From the IMG/VR virus record IMGVR_UViG_3300028591_000017, positions 29,677-93,676 of that record: a DNA stretch of 64,000 nt. One strand, 5' to 3'. A program made the translations under genes and the position numbers. The notes beneath the pieces are model-generated. The model saw only the letters and a list, made by a program, of their open reading frames with translations. It was not told where the DNA came from and ran no database searches. This document shows positions 37,938 through 47,659 of the stretch, piece after piece. Source of the stretch: a virus. Taxonomy: Duplodnaviria > Caudoviricetes. Positions within the stretch are counted from its first letter, which is position 1. Each line of letters begins with the position of its first letter.

Positions 37938-40430
37938 TTACTTCTCTCCGACAGTCTTGTTTTTCAACGCTGTCTTCGCTTTTAATTCTTCTCTCTTATA
38001 AGCTTCTTCGTCTTTCATCTTCTGAAGCTTTATCTGTGAATTAAGTTTCTCTTTCTCAAGTTCTATCTTAGCAGTATCTGTTGCTAACTTAGCTGCAGCC
38101 TTAAGTCTTTCAGTTTCAGCCTTAAGCTCAATCTCCCTATCCTTAAGGGATCTTTCGTATTCTGCAGTTGTTTCTGCCTCAGTCTGCTGTCTATTTGCTA
38201 ATGCAAGCTTTCCTATCTCTATAGGATCTGGGGTACCATTGAGATCCTGGTCAAGCTCTCTAACTCCCCTGTAAGCACTAAGCTCTGCAACATATATGTC
38301 AGTCTCAGCCTCAACATCAATCTTGTATTTCTGGAGTTCAAGCTCTTGCTGCTTAAATGCATTCTCCTGCTCTCTGTATTGATTCTCAAGCTGGATCTTC
38401 TGCATCTCCATTTCTTGCTGCTGTTGCTGTGCTTCCTGAGCCTGCTGCATTCTCTTCTCTTCGATCTTAGCAAGCTTCTCTTTTATCGCATTAGTATTAT
38501 CTAACGTTATTACCTCCATTACATCAAGGAGGGTTGCTCCGTTCTGCATAGCCGGCTGTAATAACTGCTTCATTGCATCTATATTCTGCAGCTCCTTAGT
38601 GTCATCACCTACGAATATATCGAAGTCCTCATAAAGGAATTCATCTGATATATCCATGAATACTCTCTGCATATCATCTGTAATAAAGTGGAGCTTCTTC
38701 TTACCGCTTAATGCCCAAGCTGATTTAGCTGTGTCTATAAGCATCTTAATAGCTCTCTTCTTACATTCTCTATGCATATGGAATATAGGCTCTGTAGCTA
38801 ATACAGATTGGTTTACAGATCTTTCTACAGATCCAACCAACTCTCTATTTTGTATCATACCCTCAGCCTGTGGTGTAATACCTGTAATAGTAGCTGCAAG
38901 TCTTTCTATCTCCTGTAGTAACTGTATATATGATCCTACAGTGTTTGTAAATGAAAGGTTTGCTACACTAAACTGATTATATGCAGCTGCATGACCACCT
39001 CTATGTACATCCTCGCCTTCCTCATATGGATTGAAGAAGTTTACACCAAGTGATGACAAGTAGTGTATCCATGCCTCTCTTCCTATCTGTTTAGGTATCT
39101 GAGTTATATCCATATTCAACACTTGGCCCTTGTCTCTTGCTAATGCAAGTTCTATACGATACCATATGATTATATATAAGTATTGTAATGGCTTAAGTAT
39201 TGATACTATAGATTTAGGATTACTGTTAGTATTTGAATATATAACTCCAGTATATGGAAGCTTCTGTGAGTTAGGGTTATCTATAGATACATGCTGGTAT
39301 TGTAATGGCTGAATGCCACAATACATATCAGCACCAATCTTATATCCTTCCCACACCTCTATTATCCAGTCCCAATCTAGCGCCAATTCCTGGCCTGTGA
39401 CTGCATAATCCTCGGATACTATGGTTTCCTGAGGCTGTCCAGCTTCATCAAGGTATGTTAAGAAACCAACCTTCTTAAATGACTTCCATGTAACGTGGAA
39501 TACATCAAGACAACCAGAGTTTGTATATTCATCGAAATCTCCAAATACCTGTGTCCAGTTGATATCTGTTTGATCCTTAGCTAATGTATTAAACTTATCG
39601 TAACCATCATTTGCAAGTCTAAGTATCTTATCCAAGTCAGATGGCTTAAGCTTATCATACATTCTATCATATATCTCAGCAGGAGTCATACGCATCTTTC
39701 TTACAGCCCATGACCCATCCTCGATAAACTCGAGATCTGGTGACTGATCGAATGATATGTATAATGGATTTACTCGCTCCAATACAGGCTCACCGTTGAT
39801 TATACCTGTGTAGTATATCTCCCTAGCAGCGATAAGAGCATCCTTAAATCCCTTATGGAACTCATGCTTTGTATTGTTCTTTTCTTTGAGGTAATTGTAT
39901 GTTGCGTATGCAACTGTCTCTGCTACATCCTTATAATCATTCTTCATGTATTTAGCTATAGCATCAGGTGGCATAACTTCACCAGATTGTAACTGCTGCT
40001 GAAACTGTGCTTGCTGTTCTGGGCTAAGCTTAGATAAGAATAACTGCATTACATATTCCTCAAGAAGTTGTCTCTGCTTCTCTTGGTATTCACCAGCTGC
40101 GTCATCACCTGTTCTGTATATCTTTACAGTATCAGGTCTTCCGGCTTCATTACCAAGCAATGCATTTACCTTATTTCTGATTATATTGAAGTTCTGTATT
40201 CTAGCAGGAAAACCAGCATCTACACCATATGGAGATGTAACATGCTTGAGATCTTTCTCGTCGAATACACCATTGTAGAGATCGTAATTGGTTGCCATAT
40301 CCTTGGCACCCTGCATATCTATGCCATACATACCCGATATGTAATCAACGCACGCCTCCTTCCATTGCTTAGTCTTCTTAGACTGCGGAAGCTTTTGTGG
40401 TGGCATTGATGAATATATGTAATCTCTCAT
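37938..40430 (-). CDS. Portal protein
   Basis: 830 aa; 'PPQKLP.SKKTKQW', 'NYDLYNG', 'EVWEGYKIG', 'GITPQ.EG.I', C-terminal coiled-coil barrel. Confidence 0.95.
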   Translation of the reverse strand: MRDYIYSSMPPQKLPQSKKTKQWKEACVDYISGMYGIDMQGAKDMATNYDLYNGVFDEKDLKHVTSPYGVDAGFPARIQNFNIIRNKVNALLGNEAGRPDTVKIYRTGDDAAGEYQEKQRQLLEEYVMQLFLSKLSPEQQAQFQQQLQSGEVMPPDAIAKYMKNDYKDVAETVAYATYNYLKEKNNTKHEFHKGFKDALIAAREIYYTGIINGEPVLERVNPLYISFDQSPDLEFIEDGSWAVRKMRMTPAEIYDRMYDKLKPSDLDKILRLANDGYDKFNTLAKDQTDINWTQVFGDFDEYTNSGCLDVFHVTWKSFKKVGFLTYLDEAGQPQETIVSEDYAVTGQELALDWDWIIEVWEGYKIGADMYCGIQPLQYQHVSIDNPNSQKLPYTGVIYSNTNSNPKSIVSILKPLQYLYIIIWYRIELALARDKGQVLNMDITQIPKQIGREAWIHYLSSLGVNFFNPYEEGEDVHRGGHAAAYNQFSVANLSFTNTVGSYIQLLQEIERLAATITGITPQAEGMIQNRELVGSVERSVNQSVLATEPIFHMHRECKKRAIKMLIDTAKSAWALSGKKKLHFITDDMQRVFMDISDEFLYEDFDIFVGDDTKELQNIDAMKQLLQPAMQNGATLLDVMEVITLDNTNAIKEKLAKIEEKRMQQAQEAQQQQQEMEMQKIQLENQYREQENAFKQQELELQKYKIDVEAETDIYVAELSAYRGVRELDQDLNGTPDPIEIGKLALANRQQTEAETTAEYERSLKDREIELKAETERLKAAAKLATDTAKIELEKEKLNSQIKLQKMKDEEAYKREELKAKTALKNKTVGEK

Positions 40431-40434
40431 ATGA

Positions 40435-42510
40435 TTAGAAATTAGTTTTTATAAAATCGGCATGTACAACACTATCTGTGTTGTCTTTGAAGAAGTCGAA
40501 TCCGAAGAACTGCTCCTTCTTATCTTCCTCCTTCCTTTCTTTTACGGATACGTTATACATATCCTCTCTAAGTATTAAGCACATTATGAAAGCTATAACA
40601 CGGTCAAAGTTACCTGTATCGTTATAAGCTATAAGCTCTTCAAGTAATGGCTCTGATAGGATAGTAGTAAGCCTCTTTACTCCAGGGCTTATCTCCTCGT
40701 TTAACCATTCCTTGATGAGGCCTAATCCATATTCCTTAATAAACTTAGTCATGTGTATACCCTTACGTCTGTTTACGTGGGTATCTTGTATGATATCATT
40801 TACGATGTCTGGTGTATCGACAAGTAGGTGTTCGCAATGTTTCTGTGTGAAGTAAACATGCAATCCTTTTCTTTCGTTCTCATACAACAGTCTTGCATTG
40901 TAATACTCTAGAAGTCTCCTACAATTCTCGTAATACTCTTCTGCCGTAGGCGGCCTTCCTGTGTATTCTGCAACTATAATATCGTAATATGATTCTATGT
41001 TATTAAAGCGCTTATATATGAAGAATGATCCCAATGATCCAGTTTGTGATACATCGTGGTCATATGGGTCACATCCTGCTATATACAACCCAAATGGTGC
41101 TGCAGGATCTGGATGTTCCCATATTACTATAGAACCAGTCTTATCCTCGCCATCTGGTATATCGTATGTAAGTATATCACCAAACTTCTTCTGCCTCCAC
41201 ACCAGCTGTCCAGTTTCAGTTCTAACTAGATCACCAACCTGTTTGCTAGCCTGAAGTTTACTGTTTGTTCGTATATTAGATAGATGCTCCATTAAGTCCT
41301 TCTTAGGGAATATATTACCCTTAAGATCAAGCATTGCTTCTCTAGGGGTTAATGGTCTTTCTGCAATATATCTATCTACAGCAGTTTGTGATGTTGACTT
41401 AGATATAAGAGCCTCTCTATCCTCAAGGATCTTCTGTCTTGATATGATGTCGAATGTATTACCATCCTCATCCATGTATATCCTCTTACCGGTATGTCTA
41501 TCAACAATATCCATATTTGTTGATTGCGGTATAAAGAATCCACATGGTTTATCGCTTATTCCATCATCCCATATATTCTTAAAGCCTAAGCAGTTATACG
41601 CTGCAGGTTTGTAGAACATATCTTTAAGAGTAGCAAAGTTAGAGTCTTTGTCTCCTCCAGTACCATAAGCGATCATCAATCCAAATGCAACGCCATCGTC
41701 CTCTACAGATGGTCTGGCAATCTGCCATGCTGCACCTAACTCCTTGAATGATCCAGCCTCCTCAAATAATATAAGCTTAGCTTTCTTACCACGAACTACG
41801 TCAGGGTTGTTATTAAGCGTTACGCCTATAATCTCAGATTTGAATCCAGCCTCAACCTCATTGCCGTATTGGTCTTTAGTAAAGAATCCTGCACGCCTAT
41901 GAAGCTCCTTATTGATGGACCTCTTCTTTCCCCAAGCCGTATGTTCGTCTATGAATGACATGTAATCCCACGCCTTGGTCAACACACCATCACCAGTAAG
42001 GTATTCCTTCTTAGATGCATATATATACGTCTTAGAGTTAGGTATGAAGTAAAAGTTCCTACAGGCCATAGATGCAGCCTTGTATGAATAACCCTTACGT
42101 CTACTCTTCAGTACGCATAAATGCTTACCTAAGTCCTCAGCCTCTTCTATAGCTGAATAGTAGTATGCATCATAGTCGTAGAAGTTTGGGAACGTCAAAT
42201 CCTGAGTTCTCTTTACGATTACCTCACCGTTAGGCAGTGTTGTTATCTTATTTACATTTCGTTGTATTGGGCAGTAGTTTAAGTAGAAGTAGAAGTATCC
42301 TGATATGTAATCGCCATCACTAGCGGTATAACCATTAATACATCTATCTGTCTCTTCATCCCAATACTTCTTGAAATCACTACTCCCATATGGAGCGCTT
42401 GTGTAATATCCGTGTTCTGTAAAGTATATAGCTGCCTGCCTAAACTTGTCGGTATTCTTGTATTTCCGCTTAAAATCTACAGTGGAAATACCTGTATTAT
42501 TTTCAACCAT
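40435..42510 (-). CDS. terL: Terminase large subunit
   Basis: Walker A 'KSRRKGYSY', Walker B 'LFEEAG', 'GTGGD', nuclease 'GCDPYD' and 'GNFDRV'. Confidence 0.96.
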   Translation of the reverse strand: MVENNTGISTVDFKRKYKNTDKFRQAAIYFTEHGYYTSAPYGSSDFKKYWDEETDRCINGYTASDGDYISGYFYFYLNYCPIQRNVNKITTLPNGEVIVKRTQDLTFPNFYDYDAYYYSAIEEAEDLGKHLCVLKSRRKGYSYKAASMACRNFYFIPNSKTYIYASKKEYLTGDGVLTKAWDYMSFIDEHTAWGKKRSINKELHRRAGFFTKDQYGNEVEAGFKSEIIGVTLNNNPDVVRGKKAKLILFEEAGSFKELGAAWQIARPSVEDDGVAFGLMIAYGTGGDKDSNFATLKDMFYKPAAYNCLGFKNIWDDGISDKPCGFFIPQSTNMDIVDRHTGKRIYMDEDGNTFDIISRQKILEDREALISKSTSQTAVDRYIAERPLTPREAMLDLKGNIFPKKDLMEHLSNIRTNSKLQASKQVGDLVRTETGQLVWRQKKFGDILTYDIPDGEDKTGSIVIWEHPDPAAPFGLYIAGCDPYDHDVSQTGSLGSFFIYKRFNNIESYYDIIVAEYTGRPPTAEEYYENCRRLLEYYNARLLYENERKGLHVYFTQKHCEHLLVDTPDIVNDIIQDTHVNRRKGIHMTKFIKEYGLGLIKEWLNEEISPGVKRLTTILSEPLLEELIAYNDTGNFDRVIAFIMCLILREDMYNVSVKERKEEDKKEQFFGFDFFKDNTDSVVHADFIKTNF

Positions 42511-42573
42511 AGTCTAAAAACAGACAAACCCATGCCAACTTAATGACACGGGTTTATTATGAGTTTGTAATTA

Positions 42574-42756
42574 TTAACCTAGCAGATTCTTAAAGAATTC
42601 GCACAACTTCTCGAAGAATGACTTCTTCTTCTCTGGCACCTGAACAACTACATTCTTAGGTCTACCAACCTTCTTCTTTGTAGTCTTCTTTGCTGCGGTC
42701 TTCTTAACCTGCTTGTTGTTTGGCTGCTCAAAGCCAATCTGTTTTACCTTCTTCAT
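42574..42756 (-). CDS. Small basic protein (AT-hook-like VGRPK)
   Basis: ATG at 42756; Lys-rich 'KKKVGRPKN'; amphipathic C-terminus. Confidence 0.55.
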   Translation of the reverse strand: MKKVKQIGFEQPNNKQVKKTAAKKTTKKKVGRPKNVVVQVPEKKKSFFEKLCEFFKNLLG

Positions 42757-42781
42757 AATATATATTATTGTTAAACAAATT

Positions 42782-43330
42782 CTAACTAGCAGGCTGCTCA
42801 TACATTCCGATTTCAGATTTACCTCTTACTTTCTTTGTTGATGTTGTCTGCTCCTTCTGAACCGCTTCCCTTGCTGCCTCCAATGTCTTTAAAGCTTTGT
42901 CGATCTTCTCCATCCACTTCAAAACATCATCTGCTGTAACAAGAGGCTTACCTGATCTATCTACTTCACCTCGTTTGTCCTTAAGAGCTTTAAACTCACT
43001 AATAACAAACTCTGCTCCCTCTTCAGCTGCATCAAGCAACCTAGTTGATGGTGTTGATGAGAATCTCTTGAATTCATCTATAAGATCATACTTAGGATCA
43101 ACCTTAAAGTTCTCATCTCCGAACACATCCTTCTTGATCATGCTGTCACGAATCTCTTCATCATAAGCTTTATACGGTGAATTGAAGTATGTCTTGTAAA
43201 TTGCATATGATGCATATTTGAAGAACATCTTATCATCTTTAAGCTCATCGTATACTTGCTTAACCTTTGGGATTCCGTAGATTATATTGTCAAGTATTAT
43301 ACTAAAATTCTGTATATCAAAAAACTTCAT
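42782..43330 (-). CDS. Conserved crAss protein upstream of terL (candidate terminase small subunit)
   Basis: Helical 182 aa ending 'KVRGKSEIGMYE'; position is the main argument. Confidence 0.45.
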   Translation of the reverse strand: MKFFDIQNFSIILDNIIYGIPKVKQVYDELKDDKMFFKYASYAIYKTYFNSPYKAYDEEIRDSMIKKDVFGDENFKVDPKYDLIDEFKRFSSTPSTRLLDAAEEGAEFVISEFKALKDKRGEVDRSGKPLVTADDVLKWMEKIDKALKTLEAAREAVQKEQTTSTKKVRGKSEIGMYEQPAS

Positions 43331-43455
43331 ATTCTAAGTAAAGTACGAGGCCGGGAGGCAAAACACAAAAGTGAAAAATCCTCCCAGCTGCCAGATCTTG
43401 GACTCGTACATAAACCTTGTAACTACCATTTATAGTAGTTATGTGTTATCGTTTG

Positions 43456-43938
43456 TTAATTAACCCCGAAAAATTTAGGAAGAAACTTATCTGGTAGCAT
43501 CTCCTTTGGGTTCATTATTGTGACCCAAACTCCAGGGTTCTCTTTGTCTACAGAATACCATCGTCCGTCATACTTAAGTGGCATCGGTATTACATGATCC
43601 ATATCATCATCCTCTATTACATCAAAAGCGATAAGTAGATCAAGTATTATCTGACACATATTATGGAAATCAAATTTATGCTTCGTTCCTCTTACGAAAT
43701 GAAATCCAATTACTATTGGCTCATCTGGTTTTGCATAACTAAACATCTCTTTAAGATCCATAGTAGGGAATAAGCATGACTTCTTCTTATAGAACTTTAC
43801 TTCCCTCTTTGCTGGATTGAATCCCATTATGCCAAGATCTGTAAGATACTTCTTGACTGTCTTGGAATGGAATACCCCATTCTTTGTTGCGATCTTTGAG
43901 TTCTTTGACGATGGTGTGTTAAATGGTATGAATATCAT
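43456..43938 (-). CDS. RusA-like Holliday junction resolvase/endonuclease
   Basis: 'PSSKNSK', 'KFDFHN...ILDLL...VIEDDD' acidic catalytic pattern. Confidence 0.7.
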   Translation of the reverse strand: MIFIPFNTPSSKNSKIATKNGVFHSKTVKKYLTDLGIMGFNPAKREVKFYKKKSCLFPTMDLKEMFSYAKPDEPIVIGFHFVRGTKHKFDFHNMCQIILDLLIAFDVIEDDDMDHVIPMPLKYDGRWYSVDKENPGVWVTIMNPKEMLPDKFLPKFFGVN

Positions 43939-44423
43939 TACTTGCCTGTTGATCCATATCCGCCGGTACCTCTCTCTGTAGCACTAAGCTTATCTACAAG
44001 CTTAATCTTAGATACCTGAGCTATAGGAACTATTACTAACTGACCAACCCTCTCTCCAACCTGATAGAACTCATCCTTGTTGTCTTTGAACAAGAACCAG
44101 AAAAGCTTGCTGGCCATGTATCTTGTAATACCCTTCCATCCGGTCATTCTGTATACTACCGATATATCTCCTCTGTAATCTGAATCTATAACACCGACAC
44201 AGTTTGACTGAATGAGACCCTTCTTACATATTGAGCTTCTGGAGAACAGGAGACCTACATATCCCTTAGGAATCTCTACGGCCAATCCTGTCTTGTACTT
44301 AACAAGCCCTTCCTTGTAGTCTATAGTTCTACTTACTGCATACAGATCAGCTCCAGCTGCTCCCTTAGTTGCAATCAGGGGCTCCTTGGCCCCCTCTCGC
44401 AATATCTTAGCTTTAAGAATCAT
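43938..44423 (-). CDS. dut: dUTPase (trimeric)
   Basis: All five motifs: AGADL, SRSS, GVIDSDYRG, ERVGQL, RGTGGYGSTG. Confidence 0.97.
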   Translation of the reverse strand: MILKAKILREGAKEPLIATKGAAGADLYAVSRTIDYKEGLVKYKTGLAVEIPKGYVGLLFSRSSICKKGLIQSNCVGVIDSDYRGDISVVYRMTGWKGITRYMASKLFWFLFKDNKDEFYQVGERVGQLVIVPIAQVSKIKLVDKLSATERGTGGYGSTGK

Positions 44424-44424
44424 A

Positions 44425-44937
44425 TTACTTAGACTCTGTTTCTACAACCTCTGGCTCCAAAACCTCTGCTGCTGGAGCTTCACTAGTCTCAGCATCATCC
44501 TTAGCCTCAGTCTTAGGCTCATCAAATGTAAGCTCAATATCCTCTGCCTTTACTATAGAGAGGACAGCAAAAATTCCACCAGCCTTCTCTGAATCCTTAT
44601 CGGCCTTCTCGTCATGAGCTCTGATAATTGCAGGAGCTGCATTTGTTGTAAGCTTGAATGGGATAAAGATATCGGTCTCAATACCTGGTCTAACGATCAT
44701 TGGTGATACAGCTGAGATCAATGATGAACCTGCTGTCTCTACAGATGGAGCAAGGATTCCATAGTAACCCTCTGGTATTACAACCTTCCATCCTGAGTGG
44801 ATATCTATAACATCAGTCTTATCGACTATCTGCTCTCTATTAATCAGCTCAGCTCTAAAGTACAGAATACCATTAGAACCTTTTGCAAACTCCGGCTTCT
44901 GTGCCGTCTCAATTACCTTTTTCAGTGTTACGTTCAT
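44425..44937 (-). CDS. Degenerate dUTPase-fold protein
   Basis: 'IHSGWKVVIPEGYYGILAP' matches the dUTPase core, but catalytic motifs 3 and 5 are absent; acidic tail. Confidence 0.6.
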   Translation of the reverse strand: MNVTLKKVIETAQKPEFAKGSNGILYFRAELINREQIVDKTDVIDIHSGWKVVIPEGYYGILAPSVETAGSSLISAVSPMIVRPGIETDIFIPFKLTTNAAPAIIRAHDEKADKDSEKAGGIFAVLSIVKAEDIELTFDEPKTEAKDDAETSEAPAAEVLEPEVVETESK

Positions 44938-45217
44938 TGTTTAGTTTCTTATAACGTTCGTAATCTTGTTTTCTAATAAACAGCCTATCGTAATCAGATA
45001 TCTTTAATCTATCTATAGATTTGCTAGGCTTTCTTCTGAGATGACCAAGTGGGCCTACTGATATGTTAAATTCGGTCCCACTTAATGCCATGCTCTTTAT
45101 GTAGTCAGAATGTAACTTTATTACTTCTGCAACCTTATCTCGCGGAATCGCAAGCTTCTCCGATACAATCGTTGATAGACTTCTTCTTCTCATCATGAGC
45201 TCTCTTTTTGTCATCAT
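44909..45217 (-). CDS. HU/IHF-like DNA-binding protein
   Basis: 'VSEKLAIPRDKVAEVI...ISVGPLGHL' HU-like pattern. Confidence 0.55.
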   Translation of the reverse strand: MMTKRELMMRRRSLSTIVSEKLAIPRDKVAEVIKLHSDYIKSMALSGTEFNISVGPLGHLRRKPSKSIDRLKISDYDRLFIRKQDYERYKKLNNERNTEKGN

Positions 45218-45812
45218 GAAACGCTCTCAATATCCAACTAAGATTTGATATCGTATCATTTATACGTCTCTCAACCTCGAAACCCTCTTGATTGTCAAAA
45301 CCTCTGCCAATGAATCTCTTTCTTAAGGAGAGATCGTAACACTCAAGCGCACTGCGGAATGTGGTCATCATCTCAACAATCTCATTCTTGAGCTCCTCGT
45401 TGCTAAGCTTATCTGCGTGGTTGATTAGCCAATTAAAGTCAAACGTCTTCTCAAAAACAGCCTCATCTGGAGTATCGCTATCCTCAGGCTTGTCTGTATC
45501 AACCTCTGGCTTATCAGTATCATCCTGGCTGTCATCGGTATCCTCGTCAACCTTATCGAGTATTCCCTTCTTAATCAGACATGTGAAGTGATCTGCATTA
45601 TCAAGAACGAAATCCGGGTCTATTCCAAAAGCGATAATACTAGTAGTCTCATTCCCATTCCCATCCTCTGAATATGACTCACTTCTATATATGAACAGAT
45701 TTGAATTCATATCGTATGTAAGCTTATCTCCCTTCTCAAACTGATATTGTCCATAAGCGATAGGCTTAGATACTTCGATAATCAACGCTGCGTCTACGTT
45801 ATTTCTTTTCAT
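45135..45812 (-). CDS. Hypothetical protein with acidic linker
   Basis: 225-aa ORF in operon; internal DTDKPE repeat. Confidence 0.6.
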   Translation of the reverse strand: MKRNNVDAALIIEVSKPIAYGQYQFEKGDKLTYDMNSNLFIYRSESYSEDGNGNETTSIIAFGIDPDFVLDNADHFTCLIKKGILDKVDEDTDDSQDDTDKPEVDTDKPEDSDTPDEAVFEKTFDFNWLINHADKLSNEELKNEIVEMMTTFRSALECYDLSLRKRFIGRGFDNQEGFEVERRINDTISNLSWILRAFHDDKKRAHDEKKKSINDCIGEACDSAR

Positions 45813-46269
45813 ATTCTCTTTTAATTAAGCTTTCTGTTATTGCCATGTTGGTTCCAGCTACGGTGGATGCATAGTGGTCTACCAACATGTTGTATGGGTC
45901 TTCATGGTGACCCTTGGTCCATTTTATCTTTACATTCATTGAGCAGAGCAATCCGTATAATCTAACCCATAGGTCTATATTCTTCTTGCCTGCAAATGAA
46001 GAATCAATCCACTTATCAAGCCATCCATTGTTAATGGTATTCTCTACGTATTTGGAATCTGTAATGATAGTCACGTCCTTGTATCCCAATGATTGAGCTT
46101 TAAGTAATCCGTTTATCACTGCAGTCATTTCCATCCTGTTGTTTGTTGTATTCTCTACAGCCCCATAGGATAGTAGCATATTGCCATTAGCTATAGACAT
46201 CAAGAATGCCCAACCTCCATTACCAGGATTGCTTTTACATGAACCATCTGTATAGATGACTGCGTTCAT
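45799..46269 (-). CDS. rnhA: Ribonuclease HI
   Basis: 'IYTDGSC..NPG.GGW', 'TTNNRMEM.A', 'TDSKYV', 'KN.DLW', 'W.KGH'. Confidence 0.96.
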   Translation of the reverse strand: MNAVIYTDGSCKSNPGNGGWAFLMSIANGNMLLSYGAVENTTNNRMEMTAVINGLLKAQSLGYKDVTIITDSKYVENTINNGWLDKWIDSSFAGKKNIDLWVRLYGLLCSMNVKIKWTKGHHEDPYNMLVDHYASTVAGTNMAITESLIKREYEKK

Positions 46270-46270
46270 A

Positions 46271-46681
46271 TTACTTCTTTACTTCGTTATACCTAGCAAC
46301 CACATTGTATGGGTTCACGAATACAGCATCCTTAAGCTGGTCGAATGGTATAGCGCTACTATTTGGATAGAGGATTATATCACCAACCTTAAGCTGTATT
46401 TGCTCATTACTCTCTGTGTTGTAGTTATATGGTGTCTTAAGGATAATACCCTTTCTGTATGTAGAATCAACCTTCTTTACTACTGTCTCAGTCTTAGAGT
46501 AAGTAGGGACTCCGTTCTCATCCTTGATTATCTTACCATCTGCATCCTTGTCAAATACTGGCTCCTCCTGCTTGATTGTAACCTTAATTGGCTTCAATGG
46601 CTTTACGAGCAGTCTGTCTCTGAACTCCATCTGCAGCTTGTCATTGATAATCTTAATCATTTTAGCATCTACTTCAGTCAT
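46271..46681 (-). CDS. GroES/Cpn10-like co-chaperonin
   Basis: 'DRLLVKP', long mobile-loop-like insert, 'KGIIL', 'LKVGDIILY', 'VVAR'. Confidence 0.65.
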   Translation of the reverse strand: MTEVDAKMIKIINDKLQMEFRDRLLVKPLKPIKVTIKQEEPVFDKDADGKIIKDENGVPTYSKTETVVKKVDSTYRKGIILKTPYNYNTESNEQIQLKVGDIILYPNSSAIPFDQLKDAVFVNPYNVVARYNEVKK

Positions 46682-47156
46682 ACTTAATGTTTTTAAAGTT
46701 AATTTCTTTTATTGCATCCACAACAGCCCATCTATAGGTTGTGTAGGTTTTTAATACATTCTTCATGTCTATCCTTCTAGATCTCCACGAAGAGGCTTTC
46801 TTTTTCTGTTTATCTATATAAGCATCCTCTTTAGCTTTAATGTCACAGGGTAATAAGTCTTGCAAGAGATTGTATGCATAGTCTACACACGGTTTATATC
46901 TGTCTAATAGTCTATACAGCTCTCTTTCTAGCTTATTCTCTCTGAAATCTGTTAAATACAGGTCTACTTTTTGTAGATCATCTAATCTCTCTCTGTACTC
47001 CTCCAGACTAGGCTGCCTATATTGATTATACCACGTTGGATGATCTCTGGCTAGTTCTAAGCATTTGATTTTGAATTCATGGTATAGTATCTCAAAGTCA
47101 TCATCTGTTTGACCTATTTTGATCGAAGGAGCACCATAAAAGGTTACGTTCTTCAT
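46674..47156 (-). CDS. Hypothetical protein, first gene of the leftward arm
   Basis: ORF with ATG at 47156; overlaps the start of the next gene. Confidence 0.6.
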   Translation of the reverse strand: MKNVTFYGAPSIKIGQTDDDFEILYHEFKIKCLELARDHPTWYNQYRQPSLEEYRERLDDLQKVDLYLTDFRENKLERELYRLLDRYKPCVDYAYNLLQDLLPCDIKAKEDAYIDKQKKKASSWRSRRIDMKNVLKTYTTYRWAVVDAIKEINFKNIKYD

Positions 47157-47194
47157 GTAATTTATCTTCAATCTTTGTAGGGTGGATATATGAG

Positions 47195-47420
47195 TTCGTT
47201 ACTAGTATATATACATATTTAACGCGTGTGCGCGCGTATATGTATATTATAAATATAATATATATAGTTTAATATAGTATATATGCATATATATGCATAT
47301 CTTACTATTACTACTATTACTATCCCTAATATACTACGTATATTTGTCCCTTCCTCTTCCCTCTCTTCCTCTCTTAACGCCCAGGATAGTACGGTACTTA
47401 AGCTTAGATGCCCCCCCCAT
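47195..47420. repeat. Low-complexity, palindrome-rich strand-switch region (candidate origin or genome-end junction)
   Basis: Inverted repeat 47209-47247, perfect palindrome ATATGCATATATATGCATAT 47281-47300, TAC/TAT repeats, pyrimidine tract, C8 run; coding strand and skew flip here. Confidence 0.6.
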
Positions 47421-47659
47421 TGCAGTATACCTTGTTTTCTTTGATTTAAGGCCTTATTGTATCATGGTGGATAAGTTGTGCCGGTGAATATGGGTGATGC
47501 GCTTAAATCGCAGAAAAAGGGCCTTAAATTGGATGTTACGAGAATAGGTTATACAATGGTGTATGTGAGTGCGCATTACATACTGGAAAATACAGAAAGT
47601 TTGTGCGTGGTCGAAACTATCTGCGAAACGGGCCCGGTGGGTAAGTGGATTGGGAAGTC

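Noticed and set aside
35316-42510. Introns or inteins in terL, portal or major capsid gene
   Set aside because: The ORFs are continuous and of ordinary length, with no intein or homing endonuclease motifs.
185-46754. Numerous plus-strand ORFs in the left arm and minus-strand ORFs in the right arm
   Set aside because: Ser/Leu/Phe-rich antisense shadows of real genes.
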